Part shown: positions 50,947 through 63,422 of the stretch, one piece after another | Layout of the letters: each line of letters begins with the position of its first letter | Numbering within the stretch: the first letter of the stretch is position 1 | Source: Vicugna vicugna | Lineage: Eukaryota | Length of the DNA: 64,000 bases | Direction of reading: 5' to 3' | Assembly (NCBI GenBank): GCA_013265495.1 | Contig: MU057560.1 | Span: 3,596,909-3,660,908, forward strand | Translations under genes and position numbers: made by a program | The notes under the pieces: generated by a model | The model's database searches: none | What the model saw: the letters and a program-made list of their open reading frames with translations, nothing else | What the model was told of the DNA's origin: nothing

Positions 50947-52731
50947 TAGAGGGCACACTTGCTAATTTAGTCTCCAGACATCTGACAAGAGTCAGTCTTT
51001 CTTATATTTTTATGTGGGAATAAATTCATTTTAATTTCTTAAGATGGATATTTGTACAGTTATCTGGGTCTTCCCTTTGAATGAGGGTTTAATTGCTTCG
51101 CATCTGGAATATGTCAGGTTTATCCTTTTTGGAATCAGCATCCTGAAGCGTCGTCCCCTGGGTCCATTCAGGAGTCTGCTGTCAACATGATGCTCTCTGG
51201 TTACACAAGTTCATGCGAGTTCTGACTCTGTGGACACATGTTCTTGAGGTTAAGGCTTCCTGCTTTTACCTCTATTTACATATCATCCTTTACTCAGGTC
51301 TTTCCCCACTGCCTCTGACTCACGTCCACCCCAGGGTCTCTTCTTCGCCAGTTCTTTTGAGTCATGAACACAGAAGACATGGAGTCAGTCAGCCTGACTT
51401 CTGGTTCTGTCTCTACTAATTCCTTGCCCAGAAGGCAGCTTCACTTATTTGGTCTTGGATTTCTCAGCAGTTAAAATATTTAGTTGTATTAATTACAATT
51501 ACAGGGTTGTTTAAAGAACAAACAAGACATTCCTTTTTCTGGAGAAAAACCCCTCCTCTCCTCTCAGAAGGGGGACACATGGTTGCTGGTGCCCCTCACT
51601 GGTAGCAGGGAGCATGGTGTGGAGCTAGACGAGGTGGGTCTGAGAGTCCACCGTCCCAAGTACAGGTTTTAATTAAGCCTCTGTGTTCGGATGTCTGTGT
51701 CAGTGCCCCTCAGTGTCCAGAGCTCCATACACGTGCCCCCAGGAGGTTCTACGACTGTGGTCTCCTTTGCTCTGTGAGTTACCACGTCATGTTTCACCTT
51801 CTGATCACTGCCCCAGTCTGCGATGGATTAGCTGTAGTAACAACACTTTCTCAGGAGGAAAGGATAGCATGAGGGAGAACTTGGTCTATCATCCTTAATG
51901 GGGAAGGCTTTTTCCTCTAACTAATAGCAAACCTTGAGAAAAGTTTTTAACAATATACAGTAATGCAAACTTTGGGACAATTTGAACATCTTATAAGGCA
52001 CCAACTTACTGTGTTTCCTGAAAGTGGTGGTGAGGGAATAGCTAAGTATTTAGCTTTTGCTTTGTTTTAAATATATTATGCCAGGTTTGTGTGGTATTAT
52101 TTACGCTCAAAAAGTGCAGATCAAATTTTGATATAATGTTTTCTTGGAAGAAATGACTTAACTACTCTTTAATGCAGCACTTAGGGTATCATTAAATCTT
52201 TATTTGAGACAAATAAAAGACTGATTTTTTTCTCTATGTACATTTTTCTACATATAAAGATATTGCACTTTGAAAAAAGCATGCAATTTGGAAATTCTAA
52301 TGTCTTTATTGGTTTTCTTGAAATTTTTGTATAAAAGAAAATGACCTGACTTGTATTATATTATTTCCATTGAACTTTCAGCTCGGGGCTGAGAAGGAAG
52401 GGGAATTTTTTAGAGGAAAACAAGGACAGAGTGTGACTATCACTGTGACCCTTTTGCAGAGATGGAAACTGGGGCGGGTGGGTTGAAATCAGCACCTGAC
52501 CTTGTATTTTGTCTTTGAGCATCCTTTCTCTTACCCCACATGGCACCCCTCTGTGTGAACCTCTCTGCCAAGGCTGACTGACCATGAGTGTCAGCCCGAG
52601 GTCAGCACACACCTTGTCCCTTACCCTTTGTTGCTGTATGTGTGCAGGTAGACTTGGCAAAAGTCTGCATGGCCACCATCCAGGCTCAGAATTTAGTCCC
52701 CTGCATCTGGGGCTCTGTACCCACAGTCCTG

Positions 52732-52750
52732 TAGAGCCCCCTGGTGGCCA
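52732..52750 (-). promoter_or_regulatory. Candidate CTCF binding site
   Basis: Minus strand reads TGGCCACCAGGGGGCTCTA, 18/19 to the recalled CTCF consensus TGGCCACCAGGGGGCGCTA. Confidence 0.7.
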
Positions 52751-53436
52751 AGGTCCATGTTGAGGGGCTCCCCTCCAGGTCCAGCCCCTTGTCAGAATCC
52801 CCCACCTCCCGGGAAATAGGCTCCCGGACAGAGCAAATTGTCTGATTCAGTCAGTGACACTTGAGAGGCTGGATACCTTTGATTTCATGAGACCCAGTAG
52901 TTTTCAAAACGTGTAGTGGGAACTCCAAGGAGATCCATAACCTGCACATTTTGTATTTAAAGTCCATCTAAATAGTCCAAGCATTGTATGTCCTCCATTC
53001 TTGGCACGCTTTTCCATGCTTTAATATTTCTGAAGTCAAAATGCATCTTCCAGTCGATGTGCTGCACTTACTTCAGTGAGGTTTCTGGTCACTGAAAAGG
53101 TATGGGTTCACTGGTGGTGAATGTTCATTGGAAGGGTCTCAGACTCAGGAACACCCAGGTTATAGTCATTAACTATCCCACAGTGTTGAGATGCATGAGG
53201 ATCGTATTTCTCTCTTTTTATAAGTCAGATTGTTTCCAGCAGATGCCCCCATCCACCAGGATGTGGAAAATTGCAGCTCTCAGAGATTCACCGTCTTTTT
53301 CTGCACCAGCGCTCCAGACTCAGTGACACCCGAGAACACCTGGGGGGATCTCATTCCTCCTCCCTCCCCAGTAGACACTGCGGTGAGAGTCCTCCCAGCA
53401 AATTCTTTATTTCTCCCTTAACCACCCGCCCCCAGC

Positions 53437-53438
<2 letters not shown>

Positions 53439-53470
<32 letters not shown>
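53439..53470. repeat. (GT)16 microsatellite
   Basis: Perfect dinucleotide run. Confidence 0.95.
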
Positions 53471-53473
<3 letters not shown>

Positions 53474-53907
53474 AAAGGGCCCTAATCTACAGAATGTCTT
53501 GGCATTCAAGAAATGAGATGGAGAATGGAAAAGTAAATGCTTTATTCTTTCCTGGTATATGCAAAACACAAGAAAAAAGTTGTGAATTAGCAATATTTCT
53601 AATATTCAGTCAATGGCATTGGACATTTAAAATTGTAATAAAAAAGTATGAACTCATGCCCATGAGAGTTATAATATTTAGCATCAATAAAATAATTGAA
53701 TATTGCCAATTAAATTAATCTGTTCCTGTAGACCATGGACTATAGTCCCTGCCATCTATATGCACAGGTTTGCCACTGAACAGGAGTTGTAGACAATTTT
53801 TATTTTGTTATTTTATTAATAATAATATATTAATTAATTAATATTAATTAATTAATATTAATAATAATATAATAATAAAATAATTTTATTTTATTATTAG
53901 TGGTTTC

Positions 53908-54330
53908 CCCTAGAAACCACTAATCATTGTACTGTCTCCATAGTTTTGTCTTTTCCAGAATGTCATATGCTTGGAATCACACAGGACATAGCCTTTTCAG
54001 GTTAGCTCTTTTCACTGAGTAATATGCATTTTAGGTTACTTCGTATCTTTTCATGACTTGATAGCTTATTATATCCCTGAATAATATTCTGTTGTATGGA
54101 TGTTTATCCATTATACCTTGTTTGTCCTACTGAAGGATATCTTGGTTTCTTCCAGTTTTTGGAAATTACAAATAAAGCTTTTTTAAACCTTTGCGTGCAG
54201 GTTTTTGTGTGGACATGACTTTTCAACTCAATAGGTTAAACGTGAGCACAATGGCGAGCTGTGTGATGAGACTAATGCAGCTTTTTAAGGAAGTGCCAAA
54301 CTCTTCTAAAGTGGCAGTGCCACTTTTATT
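53908..54330 (-). mobile_element. Old L1 3' fragment
   Basis: ccactaatc...ctccatagttttgtcttttccagaatgtcatat...tgcaggtttttgtgtggacat. Confidence 0.75.
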
Positions 54331-54530
54331 CTCCTCTTTTGGAAGAATTGTTTATGGTGGTTAAAGTATTCTTTTTTATGTCAAATAAAAAGTTCAAAAT
54401 TATAATCTGCATTTGGCCAAATCTTTCTATTTTAAATACTTGGAGTTAAAAACATGAATAAGCAAAGTATATGCTCATCACACTTCTCCACTGCAGATTA
54501 GCAAAACTTAATTTTTAAAAATTAGTGAAG

Positions 54531-54670
54531 GGAGGGGCGAGTATAGCTCAGTGGTAGAGTGTGTGCTCAGCATGCACGAGGCCCTGGGTTCAATCCCCAG
54601 TACCTCCATTAAAAAAAAGAGAGAACGTATTAAAATACAGCACAAAAAAGAAAAAAAAAACGATGGGGGA
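54531..54670 (+). mobile_element. tRNA-derived camelid SINE (Vic-1 type) with 14-bp TSD
   Basis: gtatagctcagtggtagagtgtgtgctcagcatgcacgaggccctgggttcaatcccc; TSD aaaaattagtgaag at 54517-54530 and 54671-54684; TT/AAAA target. Confidence 0.93.
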
Positions 54671-54689
54671 AAAAATTAGTGAAGAAACA

Positions 54690-55551
54690 CCATATACCAA
54701 TGTTATCTCAAATGACTCAAAAACCTAAATGTAAAATCTAAGACTATAAAATCCTGTGAAGAAAATAGGACAGAATCTTAATGACCCTGGATTTGGCAAT
54801 GATTTCTTAGACACCAAAGGCACAGGCAACCAAAGGAAAGCAGATAAACTGGACTTCACGAAAATTTTTAAATTTTGTACATCAAGAGACAATATCAACA
54901 GAGTAAAAAGGCAGCCCCCATGATGGCAAAGATGCTTGCAAGTCACACATCTAATAAAGGACTAATATCTTGACATATATAAAGAACTCCTCCCAGAAAG
55001 AGGAAGAAAAATACCATATGAGATCGCTCATATGTGGAATCTAAAAAACAAAAACAAAAACAAACAAGCAAACAAAAACAAAGCATAAATACAGGACAGA
55101 AATAGACTCACAGACAGAGAATACAGACTTGTGGTTACCAGGGGGGTGGAGGGTGGGAAGGGATAGACTGGGATTTTAAAATTGTAGAATAGATAAACAA
55201 GATTACACTGTATAGCACAGGGAAATATACACAAAATGTTATGATAACTCACAGAGAAAAAATTGTGACAATGAGTGTGTATATGTCCATGAATGACTGA
55301 AAAATTGTGCTGAACACTGGAATTTGACACAACATTGTAAAATGATTATAAATCACTAAAAAATGTTAAAAAAAACCCGAACTCCTAAAATGGACAGAGG
55401 ACTTAAATAGATATTTAAATGCCCAACATCACTAATCACTGGGGAAATGCAAATCAAAATCACAATGAAATATTACATGCCTTAGGATGGCTACTATTAA
55501 AAAAAAAAACCAGAAAACAAGTGTTGGCAAGGATGTGGAGAAACTGGAACA
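54690..55551 (+). mobile_element. Old L1 ORF2 3' region hosting a younger L1
   Basis: gacctggatttggcaatgatttcttaga-like segment and gggaaatgcaaatcaaaatcacaatga; continuous across the 54992-55378 insert. Confidence 0.8.
54992..55378 (+). mobile_element. Young camelid-type L1 3' end, same family as 11276-12089
   Basis: Near-identical reverse complement of about 11295-11665; TSD gaactcct at 54984-54991 and 55379-55386. Confidence 0.93.
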
Positions 55552-56030
55552 CTTTCCCCTGGTAACCATAAAATTGTTTACTATGCCTGTGAGTCTGTTT
55601 CTGTTTTGTAGATGAGTTCATTAGTGTCTTCTTTTTAAATTTTTTTAGATTCCACATATAAGAAATCTCATATGGTATTTTTCTTTCTCTTTCTGGCTTA
55701 CTTCACTTAGAATGACAATCTCCAGATTCATCCATGTTGCTGCAAATGGCATGATTTTATTCTTTTTATGGCTGAGTAGTATTCCATTGTATAAATATAC
55801 CACAGCTTCTTTATCCAATCATCTGTTGATGGACATTTAGGTTGTTTCCACATATTGGCTATTGTAAATAGTGCTACTATGAACACTGGAGTGCAAGAGT
55901 CTTTTTGAATTAAGGTTCTTCTCCCAGGAGTGGGATTGCTGGGTCATAAGATAAGTCTATTTTTTGTCTTTTGAGGAATCTCCATTCTGTTCTCCACCAT
56001 GGCTGCACCACTCTGAGTTCCTGTCAGCAG
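55552..56030 (-). mobile_element. L1 3' region fragment, related but more diverged subfamily
   Basis: cccctggtaaccata...ggcttacttcacttagaatgac...cccaggagtgggattgctgggtcata. Confidence 0.88.
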
Positions 56031-57049
56031 TGTGTGTGTGTGGGGGGTTGAAGCTGATATTCTTGAAAATAGTATTTCTGTGCCTACTTGTTTCTTCTCA
56101 GACTTCAGCTTCAGGATTCTGCCCTAGTGGAGCTGCTGTACTTTTCTAATAGTCAAAATGCATTTCTTCCACGTTGTATTAAATGTGATTTGATGCAGCC
56201 TTTTATTTTAATTATCTCTCTGGAAAGGAGGCCAGTGGGTACTCACTGTTCTCACATGGAGACACCAGGCCATACTCTAACATGGTGAGCCCTAAGCCTC
56301 GCTACCAACTTAGCAAATGCCTGAAAGCAGATACAAGTAGAAACTAGAATTGTTTACTGACTCACATGAGGAAAGGGCAGCTCAAGTTCTGGTATATTCT
56401 TAATTCTGATTTTGGTTGTCTTATTGATAGCTCAAAAGTGAAAAATATTTGCTGACCAAATTTTATTACCTTTCTATTCAATAAAATGGTAAAGAATATG
56501 TTTAATACTTCATTTCACTTACTCAACAAATATAATTCTAATCCAGCCCAAGTTGATGCTGATCTTAATTCTAACCTACTTTCTTTCCTTGAAAACAGGA
56601 CAGTTTTTGGTTGGCACAATGTACCACATTTTGTAGTATTAAAAGTTATATTTTTCTTGGTGTCTATTAGAAAGTTAAAGTTTAAAAGCTGTCTGAAAAA
56701 TAAAAAATTGATTTATGCTATAATTCGCTATGCCCTGGAGAATATCAGTTGTTCTAACATCAAAACTGAAAAAGTGAGCCAGGCAGTCTGGCAGTAGCTG
56801 GGAACTCACAGGAGTGGGCTGGCCCAGGGTACCTGCTGGCTCCTGAAGCTGGTCCAGCCACCTCTGGACTCAGCAGTGAAGGAAAGGAGCCCCAGAGGGC
56901 TTCTTAAAAAGAAAACATACTCACTTTGGATATAATGCTCAACAATGAGTTCAAGTTGGAAAAAAATACCTTCTCCCTGATTTTAATTCATTTTGCATAT
57001 TCTACCAAGACGCTGGGGCAAATGGTGTCACAGGGAAAGGGGCATCAGC

Positions 57050-57260
57050 TCTGCCACCTGGGAGACTTGGGCTTGGAGCCCCACCCTGCCTCGTGGCGCT
57101 CTGTAACCTCAGGTAAGTGACACTCTGAGTTTGTTTCCTACCTACAAATCCACAAATACAATGTCTAGTAAATTATTGTTGTGAGACTGAATGAGAAAAG
57201 TATGTAAACCAGCTTGCACACAGTAAGTGCTCAATAAATGGTAAGTTAATTACCATCAAT
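57050..57260. mobile_element. MIR
   Basis: tgtaacctcaggtaagtgac...gttgtgagactgaatgag...cacacagtaagtgctcaataaatggta. Confidence 0.75.
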
Positions 57261-59714
57261 ATTAACACATTTTAACATTTTTATTTGGTGTACTGTACCT
57301 TAAATTTATCTTATAATTGTTTCCTCTTTGTTTTCCAAGTTTATCAGGATGAAAATACGACAAATTTAAGAGGAAAATGTAGTTCTTGAATATTATCAGC
57401 CCAATCAAAGTAATTTGTATCAGATAATATCTAATCTTTCACTCAGGGGAGTCAGTGTTATGTTAAACCTGTTAGACCTGACTCATAAAGGCTTATAAGC
57501 AAGTGAGGAGGTTTAAATCACTGACTAGGTCACAGGGCCCCAAGATTAGGTAGCAAGACACAAACAGCAAACGCAGAATTGAGGGGCCTTTGATGGGCCT
57601 TTGACTCCCAACTTTGGTTCCCAGTCAGGACCAAATGAATTACATGCATCGTGCAGGGAAACACCAGCCCACAATTTAGCCAAGATTCCCAAACTGGAAA
57701 AGAAATCCTCAAGACAAAGAAACATACAAATGTGTATCCCATATTATACCACCCCATGGAACAAACATTCCAAATTTGGTTCACAAGCTCACAGAATTAA
57801 CATATGGGTATGAGTATAGGGAGAGACTTTTGTCAAAAAGGAGATGAAACTAGACATGCTGTTTTACATATGGCTTATTTTATTCATCCTATATTATGGA
57901 TTTTTTTTTAAAGAAAAACGAAGTTTAGTAAAATGTTAGGATCAACTGAATTTTATTTTTGTTCCTGGGACATTTTACAGTGCAGTGTCTCTTTCAACCA
58001 GGTCTAAAGGATAAGCTATTTTCAGTCCTGGGACTTCAAAAAATACTGTTCACCTAACACAAATACAAAGTTGGAAAGCTTTTTTAGTCAGAGTCCAGAT
58101 GTTTTGTCTATATAAATATAAACAGTTAACAGTTTGGAAACATCCCCATATCTGAGGGGTTTTTTGTGTGTATGTGTTTAGGTCTTATTGGATCCTTTGG
58201 GTTAATGTAGAAATGATAAATGATTAATATCAGTGAAGTACCTTTAAAATTTTGGTCCTGCCTTATTAGGTGGTACTGATTTTTGTATCACCTTTGGCTT
58301 GCTTTCAGGAAACCAGAAAACATTATCAATTTTGCTAATTTCTTAGCAGTTCTAAACTAAGCCTTCAGTCAAGGTGAAATAAGGATGGAGAGTCTCTCAG
58401 TATTTGGAGAAGCTGACAACCTGTAAATCATTGCTTTAGAGTACACACCAATTACATGTGTGTATAACCAGCTTTTCAAACAAACACAGCCTCTTCCATT
58501 TTCCCTAATTTTAAGAATTTCTGTCAATGTAACATACTGGCACAGTCAGCATTGGCTTTTGTCAGCTCATAAGTAACCTTTACCTTGAAAAGTTTATACT
58601 ATTCCTCTGTGGACACTCTCTTACAAAAAGAAAACAAAACTTCTTAAAATGTTATATTCCCAATCAGATCCCCAAACAAAAAGCTGACAGAGGTTTTCCT
58701 AAGAAATCACAGCCAGGTGGTTCAAGTCACTAACTTAGTAAGACTGTAAAAATGTCAGCATTATGCAAATACTTTGCAAAGGAAGTTAAACAATATATAG
58801 TTTATGGTTATGTCACTCATTTCCCACTTGTTACACTGCTGCATTAGCACAAGGATCAGAGGAAAACAGTAACAGAAAAGTCTTCTGCAGAAACAAAATG
58901 CTAGATTAAGAGAACTGAACATAGCATTTTTTTTAGTTGGTTTCCTTTTCCTTTGGGGCTCACTAATGTTTACTTGAACTACTGATCAGCCATGATGTGC
59001 AGCACAAGCTGCCCAGCGTTTCCAACCACAAAGAAATCATATTAACAATTAGGGGGAGTTTTGCATTAAAATTTCCTAAAAAGTGTCAGTAAAATTTACA
59101 TGGCAAGTATGTGACTGATAGTTTAGTTATGAGAACACTTAACTCTCAGTACTAAATGAGACATGGTAATAAGATTTGTATAGTTAAGTGCCCAGATATC
59201 TGGTTTTTACTTAATGTAGGAACCATTACCCAGGTAAAAGACCGATGGAGACAGCTGTGATAAAGCTAGGGACCTGGCTGCAGCAGACTGACTATGATAC
59301 AGAAGCCAGGCCAAGAGACGCGCAGGCAAGATCTCACTTTGTCTTCCCGACCACCCTGTAAGCCGGTGCTGTTATTATCCTTAGCTTTCATTTACGGAAA
59401 CTGAGATAAGGAAACATTCAGTGGCCTGGCTCCAGGACAGCACCTTTAACCACGCCGTTCTCGACACCTATTTTCAGAGCAAGAGAGAGTCAGTCCTGCT
59501 TTTTAATTCTTTCTCGCCCTCCTTAATATTTGTGCCCCTAATGCCATGGCGTGAGCGGTATTTCAGGGAAAGAATTAAAACTGTGTTATTGGAACCTGAT
59601 GAGTCAGAGCTGGCAGTTTGGTGCCGAGCAACAAAGTTCTCCACCTTAAGTGAGGCGCTGTGAGTGTACATACTTACCAAGCAGAAACCAGATCCCGGGG
59701 AAGAAGCCCGTGAG

Positions 59715-62036
59715 GTCAATGAGATGAAATCAAAGAAATTGAAAACAGTAGAACAATAGAGAAAATCAATGAAATCAAAAGCTAGTTCTTTGAAAAGATC
59801 AATAAAACTGATAAAATTCTAACCGGGTTAATCAAGAAAAAGAGAAGACAGGAATTACTAACGTCAAAAATGAAAGGAGGGCTGTCACTACTGACCATGG
59901 GGACATTACACGAATAAAGAAGGAATATTAGGAATAACTAACTCTATGCCCGTGAACTTGATGATGTAAATTTAATGGACCAAGTCTTTGGAAGACACAA
60001 TCTACCAAAACTCACTCAAGGAGACATAGATCATCTGAATAGGCCTGTATCTGTTAAAGAGATTGAATCCGTGATAATAATCTTCTAAAACAGAAAGCAT
60101 CAAACCTAGGTGGTTCCACCGGTTAAGTGCTCCAGACATTTAAGGAAGGAATTCTACCAATTCTCCACGCTCTTTTCTGGAAAACTGAAAGAGAAGGGTC
60201 ATTTCCTAATTCATTTATGAGGCCAGTGTTACCTTAATACCAAAAGCAGATAAAGGCATTACAAGAAAGGAAAACTACAAACAAATATCTCCTATGAAGA
60301 CGGATGAAAAATTATCAGTAAAATACCAACAAATCAAATCCAACAACTTAGTAAAATAATTTTATACCACATCCAAGTGGGATTTACCCCAGGTAAGCAA
60401 GGCCACTTCCCCAAAGTCACAAAATCAATGAATTACATTTCTATTGGTCAGCTTGTGCTGCTCTAACAAAACATCACAGACCGGCAGCTTGAACCACAGG
60501 TAGTTTTCCTCGCAGTTCTGGAGGTGGGAAGCCCAAGGGCAGGATGCCAGCAGGGCTGGTGTCTGGTGAGGGCCCATCCCTCAAGCTGCAGATGGCCACC
60601 TTCTTGCTCACTGGCTTTTCCATGAGTGCAGAGAGAGAGGGTGAGCACTCTGCGTGGTGTCTCTTCTTACAGGAACACACATCCCGTTAGACTAGGGCTC
60701 CATCCTTTTGACCTCATTTAACCTTAATTACCTTCTAAAGGCCCAGTTTCCAAATATTCCCACATTGAGGGGTTAGGGCTTCAGCAGGAGTATTTGCGGG
60801 AAGATGCAAACATTCCATCTATAGCAATACCAAACAGGCTAAAGGAGAAAAATTACATAATTATGTCAATAACTGAAGAAAAGATTTGGTGAAATCTAAT
60901 AAAAACTCTCAGCAAACTAGAAGCGGAGGGAGGACTTCCTCAGCTTGATAAAGACCACCTACAAAAAGCCTACAACTAACATCACTCTTAATGGTAAGGA
61001 TCTGTTGCTTTTCTCGCCAGGAGCAGGATCAAGACAAGGATGGTCCCTCTCACAGCTCCTGCTCAGCATTGTACTGGAAGGCCTAGCTAATCCAATGAGA
61101 CAAGAGAAGGAAACAAAAGGTATACAGTTTGGGAGGGAAGAAATAAGATTGTCTGTGTCTGTGGATGACGTGATTATCTATGTACAACTTTCCAAAGAAT
61201 AGACAGAAAAATACTCCTGTGTCCAATAAGGGATTACAGCACGGTTGCGGGATACAAAGTTGGTATAAACAAAGACACTTGCTTTCCTATATACCAGCAG
61301 TGAGCAAAAGGAATTTGAAATTAAAACCCAACACCATTTACACTAAGAGCAAAACAAGATGAAGTAGTTGGAATAAATCCAGCAAAGCATGTATGAGATT
61401 TATAGGAGGTAAACTAAAAACTGCTGATCAGAGAGATCAAAGATCCAAACAAGTGAAGAGGTGTTCCATGTTAATGGACAGGAAGCCTAAATAGTGTTGA
61501 GATGCTAGTTCTTTCCAACTTGATCTACAGATTTAATGCATTCTCAATTGGAGTCCCAGCAAATTACTTTGGGGTTACCAACAAAGCCGGAGGACTGACA
61601 CAATCTGACTTCAAGGCTTACCGTAAAACTACAATAATCAAGACAGTGTGGTACTGGTGAAAACATAGACTAATAGACCAATGGAACAGAATAGAGTTGA
61701 GAAATAACTCATACAAATATGATCAACTGATCCTTGACAAAAGAACAAAGCAGTTTAATGGAGAAAGGATTGCATTTTCAACAAATGGTGCTAGAGCAAC
61801 TGGATGTATAAATGCAAAAATAAATAAGTAAATGTAGACACTGACCTTGTACCCTCAATAAAAATTAACTCAAAGTGGATCATAAACATAAAATGCAAGA
61901 CTATAAAACTTACAGAAGATAGAATAGGAGAAAATCTAGGGGACCTGGGGATTTGGTGATGAGTTTTTAGATACAACCCCAAAGCACAGTCTATGGGGAA
62001 AAAATGATGAGGTAGACTTTGTTAAAATTTGAAACT
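59715..62036 (+). mobile_element. Old L1 ORF2 (about 1.9 kb) interrupted by an MLT1 LTR
   Basis: aatcaatgaaatcaaaagctagttctttgaaaagatc; remnants RQEKETKGIQFGREEIRLSVSVDDVIIY. Confidence 0.9.
60440..60826 (-). mobile_element. MaLR MLT1A/B-like solo LTR
   Basis: gcagttctggaggtgggaagcccaag...gacctcatttaaccttaattacct...cattccatctatagca. Confidence 0.85.
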
Positions 62037-63404
62037 ATAAAAACACCTTAATAATTAAAAACATATTTGCCTTTTGCTTTGAGTTTTTCCAGTTCCCATG
62101 AGCCCGTTATTTTAGCATCACACTCTAATCAAATCTGCCCTAAACAGAAATAATGCCGTATGTCATTAAACATTTGGTTGATGCAGGAAGAACCTTTTGC
62201 AAATGTGAATTAAAGGGTGAAACATAGAGGAGTTTGGTGGAGAGGAGGAAGAAGTTTGGGGGATGTCAAGGGCCACAGTGGCAGTTGTGAGGCCAGTTCT
62301 GCCTCAGTCCAACGTGAAGAATCTCCACTACTCTCCTAATTACTCAGGTTCACACCCGTTGAACTCATTTGATTTGTTATTCACAATGGACTGTCAATTA
62401 CTCAAGAACATTCTCTGGAATATATTAAACTCTGGATGCTAGACACATCCCAGAAATACACAGACAAGTTGTTGCTATCACTAGTGAAATGTCAAAAGAC
62501 CTTGGGATTCAGCTGAAGGAAACATACATGTTTGCACAACTGGGGAAGCTGTGTAGGGCGCAGGATGGAGCAGAGCCTTTGGCAGCTGGAAAATCTGGGC
62601 CACATACTCTGTGGTCCTTGTTGTGACAGCCACATAGTGAAAAGAAAAGGCCACATACTTAGTACACATACTACTCCTACATAACTTAGTAAGGGAGGCC
62701 ATCTCAAAAATAAACTGATTTTAATACCTTGTCAGCCAGAAGTACACAATTTTAAGAAAAATAAGCAAGCTAAAGGATTGGAAAGTGACAGAAATTGCTT
62801 TTTTATTTAGTGTGCTTAGGGACTCTCTGAGCATGTAATATCTAAGAGAAGAAAGCAAGTCTAGAAAAAGTCAGAGGAGGGGGCAGTGAAGAATGAGGAA
62901 CAGGAACAAAAATCTTGTACCTGGAATAAGCCTGGTGTCTGAAATCCAAGTGTTCTGAACACGGCAAGTTTGTGGAAAGGTAGCAGGAAAGGAAGACAAA
63001 GAGTTTGCCATGGTTAGATGCTGTCTATGTGCACAGTTTGATTAAACTGGAGCCAGTCTTCTCGGAAACCCCTTCTCCTCTGAATTGGCTTTGGCCACAG
63101 GAGGTGTCTTGCATGAGTCGAATGAGGAGTGCAAAGCAGCAGCCGGTGTTTGCCCAGAGTGAGTGAGAGGACACATCATACTGGGGGAGGCGCTGTTCCA
63201 TAGGTGTGGTTAGAGGGAAAATGATGAGAGGGAGTGAAGATAGAGGACGCTGTCTATGGAGGTAGCACTAAGATGATGGAAGACCTGCATACAGCAGGTG
63301 TTGGAGCTGAGACACGTCCTGGAACAAGGCCTGCCCCCACCCACTGCATGCATTTCTCTGTCTGAAAGGTGTGTGACCCGCAGGTCATGTGACACCACAG
63401 CCAG

Positions 63405-63422
63405 CTAACCCTAACCCTAACC
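63405..63422 (-). repeat. Short interstitial telomeric repeat (CTAACC)3
   Basis: ctaaccctaaccctaacc. Confidence 0.6.

Noticed and set aside
50561..51023. His/Cys/Met/Val-rich ORFs
   Set aside because: Translations of the TG/CA simple repeat
54541..54600. tRNA-Ala-like sequences here and at 31140-31197
   Set aside because: A-rich tails, a TSD on this copy and imperfect acceptor stems show they are SINEs, not tRNA genes
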